From sequence record NC_073086.1: 45,204 bases of DNA, one strand, 5' to 3'. Below, one piece after another: positions 44,752-45,204 of the stretch (position 1 is the first letter of the stretch; every line of letters begins with the position of its first letter). Made by a program: the position numbers and the translations under genes. This DNA comes from Escherichia phage vB_EcoS_L-h 1M. The notes below the pieces were generated by a model. It was not told where the DNA came from, did not search any database, and saw only the letters and a program-made list of their open reading frames with translations.

Positions 44752-45204
44752 TTGCGCGCCTTTTTAGCTTTCATGTATTCCATCAAGTCGTCCTGAATAT
44801 CTCGCTTACTGTCGCGACGTTCGGCGACCAGTTCATCCAGTGTCCCGCGCGCCTGGATAATGTAGACGAATACCGGACGAGGGTGTCCGGCTTGCATCTG
44901 GCGAACCGGCCCTATACGCTCCACAATCTGCGAAAAGTGCTCATAGTTCCAGGTGTCTGAGAAGATAGCAAGGTGGTGCCCCCCATCCTGCAGGTTAAGT
45001 CCGTGACCCGCTGACGCTGGGTGTGCAAACATGATGGGGATCTCGCCCCTGTTCCACGCTTCCATATCCTTATTTCCTTGCTTACCCTTACCCATCGCTA
45101 CGCCGTGCGGGAATTTCTTCTTGAGACGCGCCAGATCATGCTTGTACTGGTATGCGACGAGCAACGGCGCGCCGTTCAACTCCTCCACGATACTTTCCAG
45201 CGCG
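44748..45204 (-). CDS. SNF2/DEAD-like helicase, C-terminal part (5' part at 1..1083)
   Basis: translation continues that of window start ('...EELNGAPLLVAYQYKHDLARLKKKFPHG' at both ends); open at window end. Confidence 0.7.
   Translation of the reverse strand, partial: ALESIVEELNGAPLLVAYQYKHDLARLKKKFPHGVAMGKGKQGNKDMEAWNRGEIPIMFAHPASAGHGLNLQDGGHHLAIFSDTWNYEHFSQIVERIGPVRQMQAGHPRPVFVYIIQARGTLDELVAERRDSKRDIQDDLMEYMKAKKARK

Noticed and set aside
1-45204. Lysogeny module (integrase, CI-like repressor, attP) and tRNA genes
   Set aside because: No tyrosine/serine recombinase-like ORF and no cloverleaf-like conserved tRNA sequence were recognised by eye; absence cannot be proven without tRNAscan or HMM searches.

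Overview
The window is essentially one complete, circularly permuted genome (~45.1 kb unit) of a tailed dsDNA phage, GC-rich and enterobacterial in style, with a lambda/T1-like tail-tip module (M-L-K-I-J homologues). All calls come from reading the sequence and ORF track; no database search was run, so protein families are motif-level recognitions. The window starts and ends inside the same SNF2-like helicase gene; the ~115 bp overlap at the two ends is only ~90% identical, with mostly synonymous differences. Two arms diverge from a control region at ~8.2-8.6 kb. The leftward arm (wrapping through the window ends to ~40.6 kb) carries replication and DNA-modification genes: acidic repeat protein, Cas4-like nuclease, SSB-like protein, family A DNA polymerase, VRR-NUC, helicase, C5-methyltransferase-like, HNH endonuclease, Dam methylase, HAD phosphatase. 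The rightward arm carries an HTH regulator, primase-helicase, small early genes, holin/endolysin, an HTH-metallophosphoesterase, terminase small and large subunits, portal, head genes, spanin pair, capsid, tail genes with a frameshifted chaperone, a tape measure gene with a 726-bp in-frame tandem duplication, M-L-K-I-J, and a side tail fiber. Two cassettes are inverted inside the late region: a two-gene cassette of unknown function (21.7-22.8 kb) and a Cor/Llp-like lipoprotein plus putative receptor-binding gene (37.7-38.9 kb). The most unusual signals are: (1) two dispersed copies of a composite element made of GCGGGACA iteron arrays plus a conserved GC-rich stem-loop; (2) a recurring 13-nt motif TAnATTGGTTGCA at early promoters; (3) the inverted two-gene cassette; (4) long exact direct repeats bracketing tail-fiber and receptor-binding modules; (5) an HTH-fused calcineurin-like phosphoesterase next to the terminase genes. 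No integrase, tRNA or CRISPR array was recognised. Clusters of ambiguous bases (N) mark low-quality stretches and limit frame-level conclusions in several genes.
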